A program made the translations under genes and the position numbers. Below the pieces are notes generated by a model. That model searched no databases, was not told the origin of the DNA, and saw nothing but the letters and a program-made list of their open reading frames with translations. A DNA stretch of 64,000 bases from Nitrospirota bacterium (GTDB lineage: Bacteria; Nitrospirota; Thermodesulfovibrionia; UBA6902), in NCBI GenBank assembly GCA_016213945.1, contig JACQZF010000032.1:20324-84323 (forward strand), in the 5' to 3' direction. Each line of letters starts with the position of its first letter. The first letter of the stretch is position 1. Of this stretch, positions 1-10,670 are shown piece by piece.

Positions 1-110
1 AATATACAAAAATAGATTACGCATTGCTGTATAATTTCCTTACTCAGCGGCTTGATGGATTAAGAGAATTTGCAAAGCATATAAGCGCATACATAGAGAA
101 AGAAAGTTAA
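1..110 (+). CDS. 3' end of an unidentified CDS (partial)
   Basis: Frame 3 is open from the window edge to TAA at 108-110 (...LTQRLDGLREFAKHISAYIEKES*). No family recognised. Confidence 0.25.
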   Translation, partial: YTKIDYALLYNFLTQRLDGLREFAKHISAYIEKES

Positions 111-118
111 ACTGAAAA

Positions 119-1369
119 ATGCTTGAAAAGTTACGTTACCTCACATCAGGTGAATCACACGGACAGGCGCTAACATGCATCATTGACGGCGTTCCTTCAA
201 ATCTTTCATTGTCTTCAAAAGATATAGATAACGACCTTGCGAGAAGGCAGAAGGGTCACGGCAGGGGCGGCAGGATGAAGATAGAAACAGACCACGCGCA
301 AATCCTCTCAGGAGTGCGGCACGGAAAAACCCTCGGCTCGCCGGTAACGCTTTTGATAGAGAACAAGGACTGGCAGAATTGGTGTGATGTTATGAATCCG
401 GAGTTGGGAGTCAGGAGTCAGGAGTCAGGAGTCAGAAGTTTGGAGTCCGTCACTCATCCTCGTCCGGGACATGCTGATCTCGCTGGCGCGATGAAATACA
501 GCACTCACGATATACGGAATATCCTTGAACGTTCAAGCGCGCGGGAGACAGCAGCAAGGGTCGCCGCTGGGGCCGTGGCAAAAAAGTTCCTCTCGGAATT
601 TAATATTCAGGTCATAAGTTATGTAGCTGAAATTGGCGGAATGAGAATAACCCCTCTAAATCCCCCCTTGGCAAGGGGGGACTTAAGGGGGGCCAAGAAT
701 CTTCTATCTCTCTTCAAAAAAGCGGAGGTCTCTCCTGTCAGGTGTCCTGATGAAGGCGCTGAAAAGAAGATGATCAGCAAAATAAATATTGCGATGAAAA
801 AAGGGGACACCCTCGGCGGTGTGTTTGAAGTCATTGTGCTTGGCGTTCCTGTCGGGCTTGGCAGTCACACCCAGTGGGACAAAAGACTGAATGCGAAACT
901 CGCTTCTTCAATGATGGGGATTCAGGCTATAAAGGGAGTTGAGATCGGGCTCGGCTTTGAGATGAGCAGAAGACACGGCTCGGAAGTGATGGACGAGATT
1001 TATTACAGAAGTCAGAAGTCAAAAGTCAAAAGTCAGAAAAGCATGTCACTGTTTTACAGGAAGACCAACAACGCCGGAGGCATTGAGGGCGGGATGAGCA
1101 ACGGGATGCCGGTCATAGTCAGGGCGGCGATGAAGCCGATCCCGACATTGAAGACACCCCTTGCCTCAGTTGATATTATCAGCAAGAAACCTTTTAAGGC
1201 GGCGTATGAAAGGTCCGATGTATGCGCAGTGCCTGCGGCATCGGTCATCGGCGAGGCGGCAACAGCCCTCGCAATCGCTGATTCTTTCCTTTCCAAGTTC
1301 GGCGGTGACAGCATGGAAGAAGTGAAGAGAAATTACAAAGGATACCTGAAGCAGATAAGTGAATTTTGA
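119..1369 (+). CDS. aroC: chorismate synthase
   Basis: N-terminus [20 protein letters not shown] and [21 protein letters not shown] motifs are typical of AroC. Three repeat-derived in-frame segments (about 401-449, 650-698, 1008-1040). Confidence 0.9.
   Translation: MLEKLRYLTSGESHGQALTCIIDGVPSNLSLSSKDIDNDLARRQKGHGRGGRMKIETDHAQILSGVRHGKTLGSPVTLLIENKDWQNWCDVMNPELGVRSQESGVRSLESVTHPRPGHADLAGAMKYSTHDIRNILERSSARETAARVAAGAVAKKFLSEFNIQVISYVAEIGGMRITPLNPPLARGDLRGAKNLLSLFKKAEVSPVRCPDEGAEKKMISKINIAMKKGDTLGGVFEVIVLGVPVGLGSHTQWDKRLNAKLASSMMGIQAIKGVEIGLGFEMSRRHGSEVMDEIYYRSQKSKVKSQKSMSLFYRKTNNAGGIEGGMSNGMPVIVRAAMKPIPTLKTPLASVDIISKKPFKAAYERSDVCAVPAASVIGEAATALAIADSFLSKFGGDSMEEVKRNYKGYLKQISEF
650..698. repeat. 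nested G5/C5 palindromic element inside aroC (read as [14 protein letters not shown])
   Basis: aaatccccccttggcaaggggggacttaagggggg. Same architecture as 14 or more other copies in the window. Confidence 0.8.
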
Positions 1370-1390
1370 AATACTTTTGAACGGAATAAC

Positions 1391-1450
1391 GTCATTCCGG
1401 CTTGTCCGGAATCTTTCTTAAGGAAGGATTCCCGACTGAGCGGGAATGAC
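1391..1450. repeat. GTCATTCC...GGAATGAC MITE-like intergenic element
   Basis: gtcattccggcttgtccggaatc...gattcccgac...gcgggaatgac. Terminal inverted repeats; about 9 related copies in the window. Confidence 0.8.
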
Positions 1451-1490
1451 GACTAACTAACAACCTGCTATAATTTAAATCAAGGCGGCT

Positions 1491-3074
1491 ATGAAAATCG
1501 TACTGACAGGCTTTATGGGAACAGGCAAGACCTCTGTCGGCAAGGAGCTGAGCAGAAAGCTTGGATACCAGTTCATTGACACCGATGTGCTCATTGAGGA
1601 GCGTGAAAAAAAGCCGGTCTCTCTAATCTTCAAGGAAAGCGGCGAGGAGTATTTCCGCAAGGTTGAACAGGCCGTGGTTGAAGAAGTCTCCCGGCTGAAC
1701 AATGTGGTGATCGCAACAGGCGGCGGCGTTATCAAGAACAAAATAAATGTAGAGAACCTCGGCAGGAGGGGAATTATCTTCTGGCTCAAGGCGGACCCGA
1801 AGATCGTTCTAAAGAGGGTAATGCTTGAGGGAGGCAAACGGCCGCTGCTTGATGTTGAGGAGCCCCTGCAGGAGATCAACAAATTACTCACAGAGAGACT
1901 TCCGCTTTATCAGCAGGCTGATGCTTCAGTTGATACAAATTATATTACGCCTGAAGAGACCGCTAACGAGATAATTGAAATGTTAGGGCTTGACGCGCAG
2001 ACCGTCACCGTTGATCTGAAAGAGAGAAGTTACGACATTGTCATCGGCAGCAAGGTCCTCAGAAGACTTGCCCTCAGGGTGAAGGAATTCAGGCCGTCAA
2101 AGGTCGCCATTGTCAGCAACAAGACGATCTTCCCTCTATATAAAGAAACGGTTCTTAGATCGCTGGAAGAGTGCGGCATAACGCCTACCGTAATTCTCAT
2201 CCCAGACGGAGAGGAATACAAAGACTTCATGTGGACCTACCACATACACGGAGGGCTTCTTAAGGCAAAGTTTGACCGGGACGGGTTGCTCATTGCCTTT
2301 GGCGGCGGGGTCATCGGAGACATCACCGGCTTTGTGGCGTCAACTTATATGAGGGGCATAAGGTGTATCCAGGTCCCGACCACCCTGCTTTCACAGGTCG
2401 ACAGCTCGGTCGGAGGCAAGACCGGGGTGAACCATCCCCTGGGCAAAAACATGATAGGCACTTTTTATCAGCCGTCGCTTGTCATGATTGATATTGATAC
2501 ATTAAGGAGCCTCCCGAAAGGCGAGTTTTCATCCGGCCTTGCTGAGATTATTAAATACGGCGTTATCGCCGATAAGGAACTCTTTAACAGCCTCGAAAAA
2601 AACAGGGAAGACATCCTCACTCTCGGCGACAGCATTATTAAAACAATCAGGCGTTCATGCGAGATCAAGGCCGGTATCGTATCAAAAGATGAAAGGGAAT
2701 CCGGCCTGCGCGCGATCTTAAACTTCGGGCATACGATCGGTCACGCATTAGAAACCGCCACCGGCTACAAAAAATTCCTTCACGGTGAGGCGGTCGCAAT
2801 CGGTATGTGCGTAGCAGCGGACCTTGCGGTGAAATTGGGTATCCTAAAAAAAAGAGAGGCGGGACGGATCAAGTGCCTCGTTGAATTATACAAACTGCCG
2901 GGCGCAATACCCGATGGAATAAATGCCTCTGACCTTCTCTCCGCCATGGAGCTTGATAAAAAGGCCAAGGCAGGCAATATCAGGTTCATCCTTCCGGAGT
3001 CCATAGGCAAAGTCAGGATAGTGGACAGCGTCGGCATGGAATTGATTGCCCGCGTCCTACAGGCTCATGTATGA
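1491..3074 (+). CDS. aroB: bifunctional shikimate kinase / 3-dehydroquinate synthase (AroK-AroB fusion)
   Basis: N-terminal P-loop GFMGTGKTSVGKEL plus IDTD (shikimate kinase). C-terminal GGGVIGDITGFVASTYMRGIRCIQVPTTLLSQVDSSVGGKTGVNHPLGKN (DHQ synthase). Confidence 0.9.
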   Translation: MKIVLTGFMGTGKTSVGKELSRKLGYQFIDTDVLIEEREKKPVSLIFKESGEEYFRKVEQAVVEEVSRLNNVVIATGGGVIKNKINVENLGRRGIIFWLKADPKIVLKRVMLEGGKRPLLDVEEPLQEINKLLTERLPLYQQADASVDTNYITPEETANEIIEMLGLDAQTVTVDLKERSYDIVIGSKVLRRLALRVKEFRPSKVAIVSNKTIFPLYKETVLRSLEECGITPTVILIPDGEEYKDFMWTYHIHGGLLKAKFDRDGLLIAFGGGVIGDITGFVASTYMRGIRCIQVPTTLLSQVDSSVGGKTGVNHPLGKNMIGTFYQPSLVMIDIDTLRSLPKGEFSSGLAEIIKYGVIADKELFNSLEKNREDILTLGDSIIKTIRRSCEIKAGIVSKDERESGLRAILNFGHTIGHALETATGYKKFLHGEAVAIGMCVAADLAVKLGILKKREAGRIKCLVELYKLPGAIPDGINASDLLSAMELDKKAKAGNIRFILPESIGKVRIVDSVGMELIARVLQAHV

Positions 3075-3107
3075 GGTTTTGATAGCTGCCCTGAGTTAAT
3101 TCACGTC

Positions 3108-3530
3108 TTACTTCCTGAATGTTGAATGACATTGTTTGCAGCTTTCTTCTACTTTTGTTGAGAGATTGCTGGCAGCGTCAGCATCTCTTGTTTTTATTGC
3201 GTCCTTTAATTTCAAAATGTTTTCTCTAAAGACATTGTATTGCTTGGTAAAATGTTCCTGTTTGTCCGTATTTTTATGTAACTTGAAGCTTTCGATGTTG
3301 TTGGCCGCTTCTATGATAGTTTCAACTGCGAGGTCCGCGTCCTTAAAATTTTTATCTTTGATTGCATTTTTACATGCTTTCCATTGGTTGCTGATTGTCG
3401 CCATTGCTTCGTGCTGTTTCTTCATCTCGGGACTCATTGCGTGACCGTCATGTTTATGACCTGAAGTTTCTGCAAAAACAGTGCCGCTGCCGATCAGAAA
3501 AAGGGACATGATAATGCTAAGCGTTTTCAT
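3108..3530 (-). CDS. class II (cytochrome c'-like) c-type cytochrome, secreted
   Basis: Signal peptide, helical sequence and a single CKQCH haem motif 6 residues from the C-terminus. Overlaps the cusA stop by 14 nt. Confidence 0.5.
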   Translation of the reverse strand: MKTLSIIMSLFLIGSGTVFAETSGHKHDGHAMSPEMKKQHEAMATISNQWKACKNAIKDKNFKDADLAVETIIEAANNIESFKLHKNTDKQEHFTKQYNVFRENILKLKDAIKTRDADAASNLSTKVEESCKQCHSTFRK

Positions 3531-6500
3531 TTTTCTTAAACTTCCTTCCTTTCCACAACATATAAATCGCAGGATATATGATTAGTTCAAGAATTGTCGA
3601 GGTAATGACCCCGCCAACCATCGGGGCGGCAATGCGCTTCATCACATCGGAGCCTGCACCGTGGCTGAACATGATGGGGACAAGACCCGCAAGGATGACG
3701 CTGACGGTCATTATCTTAGGGCGGATTCTCTTGACGGCGCCGTGCATTATTGCATCTTTAAGGTCTGAAATATTATTCATCTTGCCTTCCTTTTTCCACT
3801 GCTCATACGCAAGCTCAAGATAAAGGAGCATTACTACGCCTGTCTCCGCGTCAAGCCCTGCAAGGGCAATTATCCCTACCCATACGGCGATGCTCATATT
3901 GTAATTGAGCAGATATAAAAGCCAGAATGAGCCGACAAGGGAAAAGGGCACCGCAAGGAGCACGATCATCGTCTTGGCCACGGATTTGGTATTCAGGAAA
4001 ATAAGCACAAAGATGATAAGCACGGTAAGAGGGATCACGAGTTTCAACCTCTCCTGTGTTTTCACAAGGTATTCATACTCGCCGCTCCACTCAAGGCGGT
4101 ACCCGTCAGGGATTTTCAGGGATGAAACTTTCGCCTTTGCCTCCTCAACATAACCTCCAACGTCCCTGCCGGAAAAATCTATGAATACATAGGACGCCAG
4201 AAGCCCTTCCTCGCTCTTGATGCCTGTCGGCCCCCTGACTATTTTCATATCCACAAGCTGACCGAGAGGGACCTGTAAAGAGTTAGGAGTTGAGAGTTGA
4301 GAGTTAAGGGTTGAAGAAGGACCCATTCCACCTGACCCCTGACTCATAGCTCCGGGTCCTTGCCCCATGACCGGCACAAGGACCCTCTTTAACTTTTCAA
4401 TATTGTCCCTCAGCTCCCTTGAGTATCTGATATTCACCGGATACCTTTCCCTTCCCTCTATGGTGGTGGTCAGGGGCATGCCGCCGATTGCTGTTTGAAC
4501 AATTTCCTGGATGTCGTCAACGTTTATCCCGTATCTCGCGGCCTCGGCGCGCTTGATATTAAAGTCCAGGAAATATCCGGTGGTCAACCTTTCCGCATAG
4601 GCGCTCCGGGTGCCCCTGATGTCCTTGACAAGATTCTCAATCTCAAGCCCGATCCTTTCGATCTCTTCTATGTTCGGCCCCATGACCTTGATGCCGACCG
4701 GCGTCCTTATGCCGGTGGAAAGCATGTCAATGCGCGCCTTGATCGGCATTGTAAAGGAATTTGCAACCCCCGGTATGGACAAGGCGTCATTTAACTCATT
4801 TTTCAATCCCTCAACTGTCATGCCTTCGCGCCATTCGGACGCAGGCTTTAAATTAATCACTGTCTCAAACATCTCAAGCGGCGCGGGGTCTGTGGCGGTC
4901 TCCGCCCTTCCTGCCTTTCCGAATACCTGGGCGACTTCGGGAACCTGTTTAATGAGTTTGTCCTGCAATTGAATAAGCTTTGAGACCTCTGATATGGAGG
5001 CGGCAGGCACGGTGACAGGCATGTAGAAAAGCGTGCCCTCATAAAGCGGCGGCATGAATTCAGTGCCGAGCTTCATAAACGGGTACACAGTCATCGCCAT
5101 GATTATTACGGCGATTAAGATGACGGTCTTTTTGAATCTCAGTGCAAACCCCGCAAATGGCTCATATATTTTATGGAGGATGATGCTTATCGGATGTCTT
5201 TCTTCAGGGTAGATCAGGAACAGATATTTGAGAACAGGTATTTTGCTTAACACCGGTATTTTGCCGTGAATAAAGATCGTCATCAGCACAGGGGTGATGG
5301 TCACGGCAAGGAATGACGAAAACAGCATCGCAAAAGTTTTTGTGTACGCCAGGGGCTTGAACAACCTGCCTGCTTGCGCCTGAAGGGTAAATACAGGAAG
5401 GAAGCCGACAGTGATGACTAATAATGAGAAGAACAGCGAAGGCCCGACCTCTTTGGCGGCTTCGATGATGACATCAACACGACCCCCCTGAAGTCCCCCC
5501 TTAGTAAGGGGGGATTTAGAGGGGTCATGCTCCCACTCCTCCAACTTCTTATGCGCATTCTCCACCATTATTATCGACGCGTCCACCATTGCGCCGATAG
5601 CGATGGCAATGCCGCTCAGGCTCATGATATTGGAAGAAACACCCAGATAGAACATGCATATAAATGAAATGATGATCGCTATCGGCAGGGTCAGGATGAC
5701 CACAAGCGCGCTCGGCAGATGGAATAAAAAGATGATGCACACGGCGCTCACCGCGATAGAAAGCTTTACGATCTCCTCTTTAAGCGTGTCAATGGAGCGG
5801 CGTATGAGGTCGGACCTATCATAAGTCGTGACGATCTTCATACCCTTCGGGAGGCTCGGCTCGATATCGTTTTTGATCTTCTCTTTGACCCTTTCGATGA
5901 CATTGAGGACGTTCTCACCGAAGCGCACGACAACGATGCCGCCTGCCACTTCGCCTTTTCCGTCAAGCTCTGCAATCCCCCTTCTTATCTCCGGGCCGAT
6001 CTGCACATTGGCGATGTCCTTCAGAAAGACAGGCGTCCCTGTCCCGCCGGCCGCAACCGGGACGTTCTTCAGGTCATCAAGTGTTTTGATATAGCCCCTG
6101 CCCCTTAACATGTACTCAACCCCGGAGAATTCCAGCACCCTTCCTTCAACGTCCTTATTGCTCTTTTTGACGGCTTCCATAACGGTCGTTATAGGGATGT
6201 TGTATGCAAGCAGTTTGTTCGGGTCTACGGTGATCTGGTATTGTTTGACGAAGCCGCCGATGCTCGCGACCTGCGAGACCCCGGGAACGCTTTCGAGCGC
6301 AAGCTTGATGTTGTAGTCCTGGACTGTCCTCAGGTTCGAAAGGTCGTATTGGTTTGTTTCGTCAATAACTGCATAGGAAAATCCCCACCCTACGCTTGTG
6401 GCATCAGGCCCGAGCACGGGATTGGCATCGGCAGGGAGCTTGCCCTTGACGGCCTGCAGATATTCCAGCACCCTGCTCCTGGCCCAGTAGATATCAGTGC

Positions 6501-6798
6501 CTTCTTCGAATATCACATAGATAAAAGAGCTGCCGAGATAGGAAAAGCCTCGCACCACCTGGACCTTCGGGGCGGCAAGGAGCGTTGAAGTTATCGGATA
6601 GGTTATCTGGTCTTCCACAAGGTCAGGGCTTCTACCCTCCCATGAGGTAAATACTATTACTTGCGTATCGCTTAAATCCGGTATGGCGTCAAGCGGGGTC
6701 TGCTTCAGCGCCCAATAACCCCAGATGCAGAGGAACCCGACAAGCAGGAATATGATAAATTTGTTCCTTGCGCTGTATTCGATGATTTTGGCTATCAT
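3517..6798 (-). CDS. cusA: CusA/CzcA-family heavy-metal efflux RND transporter
   Basis: 1093 aa. N-terminus MIAKIIEYSARNKFIIFLL...LKQTPLDAIPDLSDTQVIV is typical of the HME-RND family. Two repeat-derived in-frame inserts (about 4279-4317 and 5485-5530). Confidence 0.9.
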   Translation of the reverse strand: MIAKIIEYSARNKFIIFLLVGFLCIWGYWALKQTPLDAIPDLSDTQVIVFTSWEGRSPDLVEDQITYPITSTLLAAPKVQVVRGFSYLGSSFIYVIFEEGTDIYWARSRVLEYLQAVKGKLPADANPVLGPDATSVGWGFSYAVIDETNQYDLSNLRTVQDYNIKLALESVPGVSQVASIGGFVKQYQITVDPNKLLAYNIPITTVMEAVKKSNKDVEGRVLEFSGVEYMLRGRGYIKTLDDLKNVPVAAGGTGTPVFLKDIANVQIGPEIRRGIAELDGKGEVAGGIVVVRFGENVLNVIERVKEKIKNDIEPSLPKGMKIVTTYDRSDLIRRSIDTLKEEIVKLSIAVSAVCIIFLFHLPSALVVILTLPIAIIISFICMFYLGVSSNIMSLSGIAIAIGAMVDASIIMVENAHKKLEEWEHDPSKSPLTKGGLQGGRVDVIIEAAKEVGPSLFFSLLVITVGFLPVFTLQAQAGRLFKPLAYTKTFAMLFSSFLAVTITPVLMTIFIHGKIPVLSKIPVLKYLFLIYPEERHPISIILHKIYEPFAGFALRFKKTVILIAVIIMAMTVYPFMKLGTEFMPPLYEGTLFYMPVTVPAASISEVSKLIQLQDKLIKQVPEVAQVFGKAGRAETATDPAPLEMFETVINLKPASEWREGMTVEGLKNELNDALSIPGVANSFTMPIKARIDMLSTGIRTPVGIKVMGPNIEEIERIGLEIENLVKDIRGTRSAYAERLTTGYFLDFNIKRAEAARYGINVDDIQEIVQTAIGGMPLTTTIEGRERYPVNIRYSRELRDNIEKLKRVLVPVMGQGPGAMSQGSGGMGPSSTLNSQLSTPNSLQVPLGQLVDMKIVRGPTGIKSEEGLLASYVFIDFSGRDVGGYVEEAKAKVSSLKIPDGYRLEWSGEYEYLVKTQERLKLVIPLTVLIIFVLIFLNTKSVAKTMIVLLAVPFSLVGSFWLLYLLNYNMSIAVWVGIIALAGLDAETGVVMLLYLELAYEQWKKEGKMNNISDLKDAIMHGAVKRIRPKIMTVSVILAGLVPIMFSHGAGSDVMKRIAAPMVGGVITSTILELIIYPAIYMLWKGRKFKKNENA

Positions 6799-6836
6799 AA
6801 TTGATCTGTAAGGGCGGGGTGACCCCGCCCCTACGT

Positions 6837-7982
6837 TTAATGTTTATGCACTCCGACCGGCTTTACGCCCTTTAACTGCGCCTCCGAGTCAATGAGGAAG
6901 GTGCCGGTGTAGGCGACCCTTTCTCCTGCATCCACTCCGTGCAGGACCTCCGTCATTCCATCAGCCTTTAAGCCAAGATGGACTTCCCTCGGCTCAAAAT
7001 AACCTTCGCCTTTGTCCACGTAAATTATCTGCCGTATGCCTGTGTCGATCACTGCCTCATCCGGGACGGCAAGTCTCTTGCCCATATCAATCCTGATCTC
7101 AACATTTGTAAACATCTGCGGCTTAAGCTGGCTGGACGGGTTGTTGATCGTGAACCTTACCTTCGCTGTCCTGGTGTCGCCTGAGAGGGCGGGGTATATA
7201 TAATCAATGGTTGATGAGAAGACTTTGCCGGAGAAATAACTGAGGCTGATGTCAGCGGTCTGCCCGATCTTGATAAAAGGTATTTCATATTCATAAATGT
7301 CCGATATGACCCAGACGCTTGATAAATCGGCAAGGTCAAAAAGTTTTTCACCCGGCATCACACGCATCCCCTGCAGCACGGTTTTCTGAACGACATAACC
7401 GTTTGCGGGGCTGTAAATCGTCAAAGTCCTTACCGGCTTTCCTGTTTCCTCCATCGTCTTTATCTGCTCATCGGTTATGTCCCATAATTTTAATCTCTGC
7501 CTTGCAGCGTCAACGATCCGTTCAGCGTCTTTTGAAAGCATGGAGCTGACTGCTGACTGCTGACCGCTGACCGCTGATTGGTTCCACTTCAGCACATTTA
7601 TAAATTCCTGCTGTGTCGCCACAAGCTCAGGGCTGTAGATCTCCGCAAGCGGTTCGCCTTTTTTCACATACTTTCCGGTGTAATCAATATAGAGTTTTTC
7701 TATCCATCCTTCAATTTTTGTATTTACAGTGGCAAGCAGTTTTTCGCTATATTCAACGCGCCCCACGGTCCTGATAATCTTCTGCATCGGCTTCACTGCT
7801 GCCGCTGCTGTTTTAACGCCGATCAATTGCTGTTTTTCAGGTTCGATCTCAACGGTCGGGGCTTCCTCCTCTGCCTGCGGCGCTGCAGCTTCATGCTGGT
7901 GCTGGGAGTATGATGGAGACGTGTTGAGAGAAAAAAAGATAAATGTGATTAAGCTAAAAAATTTTAGTTGTTTACTTTTCAT
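6837..7982 (-). CDS. cusB: efflux RND periplasmic adaptor (CusB-like)
   Basis: Signal peptide and membrane-fusion-protein architecture. Sits between the TolC-like and CusA genes. Heptamer array 7545-7578 is read as SAVSGQQSAVSS. Confidence 0.85.
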   Translation of the reverse strand: MKSKQLKFFSLITFIFFSLNTSPSYSQHQHEAAAPQAEEEAPTVEIEPEKQQLIGVKTAAAAVKPMQKIIRTVGRVEYSEKLLATVNTKIEGWIEKLYIDYTGKYVKKGEPLAEIYSPELVATQQEFINVLKWNQSAVSGQQSAVSSMLSKDAERIVDAARQRLKLWDITDEQIKTMEETGKPVRTLTIYSPANGYVVQKTVLQGMRVMPGEKLFDLADLSSVWVISDIYEYEIPFIKIGQTADISLSYFSGKVFSSTIDYIYPALSGDTRTAKVRFTINNPSSQLKPQMFTNVEIRIDMGKRLAVPDEAVIDTGIRQIIYVDKGEGYFEPREVHLGLKADGMTEVLHGVDAGERVAYTGTFLIDSEAQLKGVKPVGVHKH

Positions 7983-8062
7983 TTAATGCTCCTTTAACTG
8001 TCATACTGGACCCGTTTCGGCATTTATTCACAAAAAGACCCTGAAATAAGTTCAGTGTGACA

Positions 8063-9355
8063 TTAATATTCCCCTCTTTCTGTATCTCCCTGACTCCTGA
8101 CTTCTGACTTCTGACTACTTGCCGTTAATGCCTCCAGCCTTGCAATTGCCTTTTCCCTCTCCGTGAATTGTTTCCAGTAAAGCGCTTCATAGTCAATAAG
8201 GGATTTGAGCCTTGTTATTACGGTCAGCGCCTCGACTTTTCCGGTCGTGTATTCGGAAATGGCAGATTCAAAATCCTGGTAGGTCTTGGGTATCAAGCCG
8301 TTTTTATACAGGTCCATCAATCTCTCCGAGGATTTGAGCATGGAGTAATTATCTCTTATGCCCGAGGAAAGCATGACTTTTGTGTCGGCAAGCTCATGCC
8401 CGGACTCTTCCAATGACGCCTTGGACTCAAGCACTGCCTGTCTTTGTTTTGTTTTATAAAAGATAGGGACGTTGACCGTAGCGGTCAGGCTCCACATGTC
8501 TTCAAAATATTTGTTTTTTGCGAAGTAGCCCGCGTTGACCGTGAAATCGGGGTAGTATTCTTTTTCAGCCATGTGGACCTTTGTCCTTGCTCCCTCGAAC
8601 ATCTTTTTTTTGGACTTTATGAACGGAGAATTTTCAAAGGCTGTTTCAATAAGTTCATTCATCTCACGGTTGAATAAAGTCGGGGCGGCATCAGACGGTC
8701 TTCCGAGCGGTGAATTAATGTCCCTGCCGATAGCGGCATTAAGCATCGACTCAAGAGACTGGACCCTCTGCTTCAGCATCTCCTCCTGTTCAAGAAGCAT
8801 ATATTTTTCAGTCTGCGCCATTATCACCTCCTGCTGGGGCGCCATTCCAGTTGAATATCTGGCAAGGGCCGCGCTTTCTATCCTTGAAAAAAGCGCTGTC
8901 TTGTCCTTGATGAGGTCGATATTCTTGTATGAAAAAAACAGGTCGTAATAAAGCTCTTTGACCCTCCCTATTGTTTTTAAACGGGCTGAGTCCGTCAGGG
9001 CATTCAGGCTTTCTGCGTCCCTTGCAGCCATTTGGCCCTTTAACGACAGCTTGCCCGGATAGGGGAACATCTGCGAGACAGAGAACATCCACATTGAATC
9101 CGAGGCCATCTCCTCGTCAAAGGTGTACGGGTCCCTAATGCCGTCATTCTGATAGCCGAACATGAACATCGGGTCGGGAAGGCTCTCCGCCTGGAGTATC
9201 CTGAATCTTGAGGCGGATTCCCTCGCATTCAGGATAAACGGCAAAGAAAGACATGATACATAAATCCCCCTTAATCCCCCGTTGCAAAAGGGGGACAAAA
9301 GGGGATTTCTCCTGTCTTCTGACTTCTGTCTTCTGACTTCTGTTTTATTGTGCAT
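8063..9355 (-). CDS. TolC-family outer membrane efflux protein (CusC-like); N-terminus uncertain
   Basis: TolC-type repeats (ESARLKTIGRVKELYYDLFF..., C-terminal KQFTEREKAIARLEAL). The first ~35 codons are made only of repeat elements and show no signal peptide. Confidence 0.7.
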   Translation of the reverse strand: MHNKTEVRRQKSEDRRNPLLSPFCNGGLRGIYVSCLSLPFILNARESASRFRILQAESLPDPMFMFGYQNDGIRDPYTFDEEMASDSMWMFSVSQMFPYPGKLSLKGQMAARDAESLNALTDSARLKTIGRVKELYYDLFFSYKNIDLIKDKTALFSRIESAALARYSTGMAPQQEVIMAQTEKYMLLEQEEMLKQRVQSLESMLNAAIGRDINSPLGRPSDAAPTLFNREMNELIETAFENSPFIKSKKKMFEGARTKVHMAEKEYYPDFTVNAGYFAKNKYFEDMWSLTATVNVPIFYKTKQRQAVLESKASLEESGHELADTKVMLSSGIRDNYSMLKSSERLMDLYKNGLIPKTYQDFESAISEYTTGKVEALTVITRLKSLIDYEALYWKQFTEREKAIARLEALTASSQKSEVRSQGDTERGEY

Positions 9356-9743
9356 CTACGCTGAATTTAACTTTTGATGTCTTGTCGCCCCGGGTTATCT
9401 TTACAACGACATTCCATGAGCCGGACATTGAGATATCCATTACCGCCTTGTACTTGTCGCCGTCAAGCTTCGCGTCAGTCTTATAATCCATTGCGGGCAT
9501 TCCCGGCATCGCGGGCATCGAGTATTCAACCTTCACCTTTGCGTCCGTCACATATTTACCTGAAGCGTCTTTAATTTCAATCTCCACGTTGTTGTTGCCG
9601 ACAACGGGCGGGTTTTTGTCAATCTTGATCTCAACATCATAATCACCGGCTTTTTTCTTTACCTCGTAATCTTTTGCGTAGGCAACACCGCAAAGAAATA
9701 CGATCGCCATTAAAACCATTAAAAACTTTTTCACGTCTTTCAT
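9345..9743 (-). CDS. FixH/YtkA-like secreted protein with MPAMPGMPAM motif
   Basis: Signal peptide, beta-rich about 110-aa domain, Met-Pro motif. First gene of the cus-like operon; overlaps the next gene by 11 nt. Confidence 0.5.
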   Translation of the reverse strand: MKDVKKFLMVLMAIVFLCGVAYAKDYEVKKKAGDYDVEIKIDKNPPVVGNNNVEIEIKDASGKYVTDAKVKVEYSMPAMPGMPAMDYKTDAKLDGDKYKAVMDISMSGSWNVVVKITRGDKTSKVKFSVDAQ

Positions 9744-10074
9744 CGTAACCTCCTGTTTTTTTCGTTCAAGTTATACGGAACATATTACATCATGTAATAG
9801 TCGCAATCAAGTAAATTTTATAGCACAATAGTGAATTAAATATGAATTCAAATACTGCTGCAAGCAAAGCTGTTATTTATGCAGCAGGCTCCTTTTATTG
9901 ATTAGCAGGAGAAATTATTACATGACACCCGGAGAGGTGTCCGTTGAATTGAAAAGAAAACTGTGGTAATGTTACTCATAATAAACAATTAAGTGAAGGG
10001 GGGTGACAGATTTATTTTTACCAAGACAATTATACCGTCTTTGTAAACCACTTTAAAATTATACAGGAGGGAAA

Positions 10075-10611
10075 ATGAAAAAAAGCATCGTAATCATATC
10101 ACTTGCAGTATTAGTTGTCATTACAGCATTTGTAGCTTATGCAGGAAATCCTGAGACATCGCCGAAGGTAATTCCTTATGAGTCAGTCTTTAAACATATG
10201 CCCTGGGCTGCCGGCGGAGATGTGCGCTATCACATCACTATACATAAACCTTACAAGAAGTGGGCCAAATGGCCGGGCAAGGGAGAAATGTATAAGGGCA
10301 AAGAACCGCATGGTGCTTTTTTAACAACTTATGTAAATGAAATTGCACTTGACTCAATAAATAAAGCAAAAAGCATGGCAGACAATTCAATAATCGTGAA
10401 AGAGAACTATGAAACGAATAAACAACTTGCAGCCGTGACAGTTATGTATAAAGTAAAAGGTTATAACCCGGACAGCAACAACTGGTTCTGGGCTAAATAT
10501 GGTCCTGAATTTAACATCCTTGCAGAGGGAAAAGTTGAAGATTGTATGAAATGCCATGCCTCGGTGAAAGATAACGATTATATCTTTACAGGCAAAGTGA
10601 CGGGGAAATAA
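10075..10611 (+). CDS. cytochrome P460-family haem protein (putative)
   Basis: Signal peptide. NWFWAKYGP...CMKCHASVKDNDYIFTG resembles the C-terminal CxxCH region of the P460 family. Confidence 0.5.
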   Translation: MKKSIVIISLAVLVVITAFVAYAGNPETSPKVIPYESVFKHMPWAAGGDVRYHITIHKPYKKWAKWPGKGEMYKGKEPHGAFLTTYVNEIALDSINKAKSMADNSIIVKENYETNKQLAAVTVMYKVKGYNPDSNNWFWAKYGPEFNILAEGKVEDCMKCHASVKDNDYIFTGKVTGK

Positions 10612-10641
10612 ATCCACTATTTAACTTTAGCAATCTGAAGT

Positions 10642-10670
10642 CCCCGCCTGCAAGGCGGGGATTTTTATTT
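10642..10670 (+). terminator. rho-independent terminator
   Basis: ccccgcc-tgcaa-ggcgggg followed by atttttattt. Confidence 0.75.
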
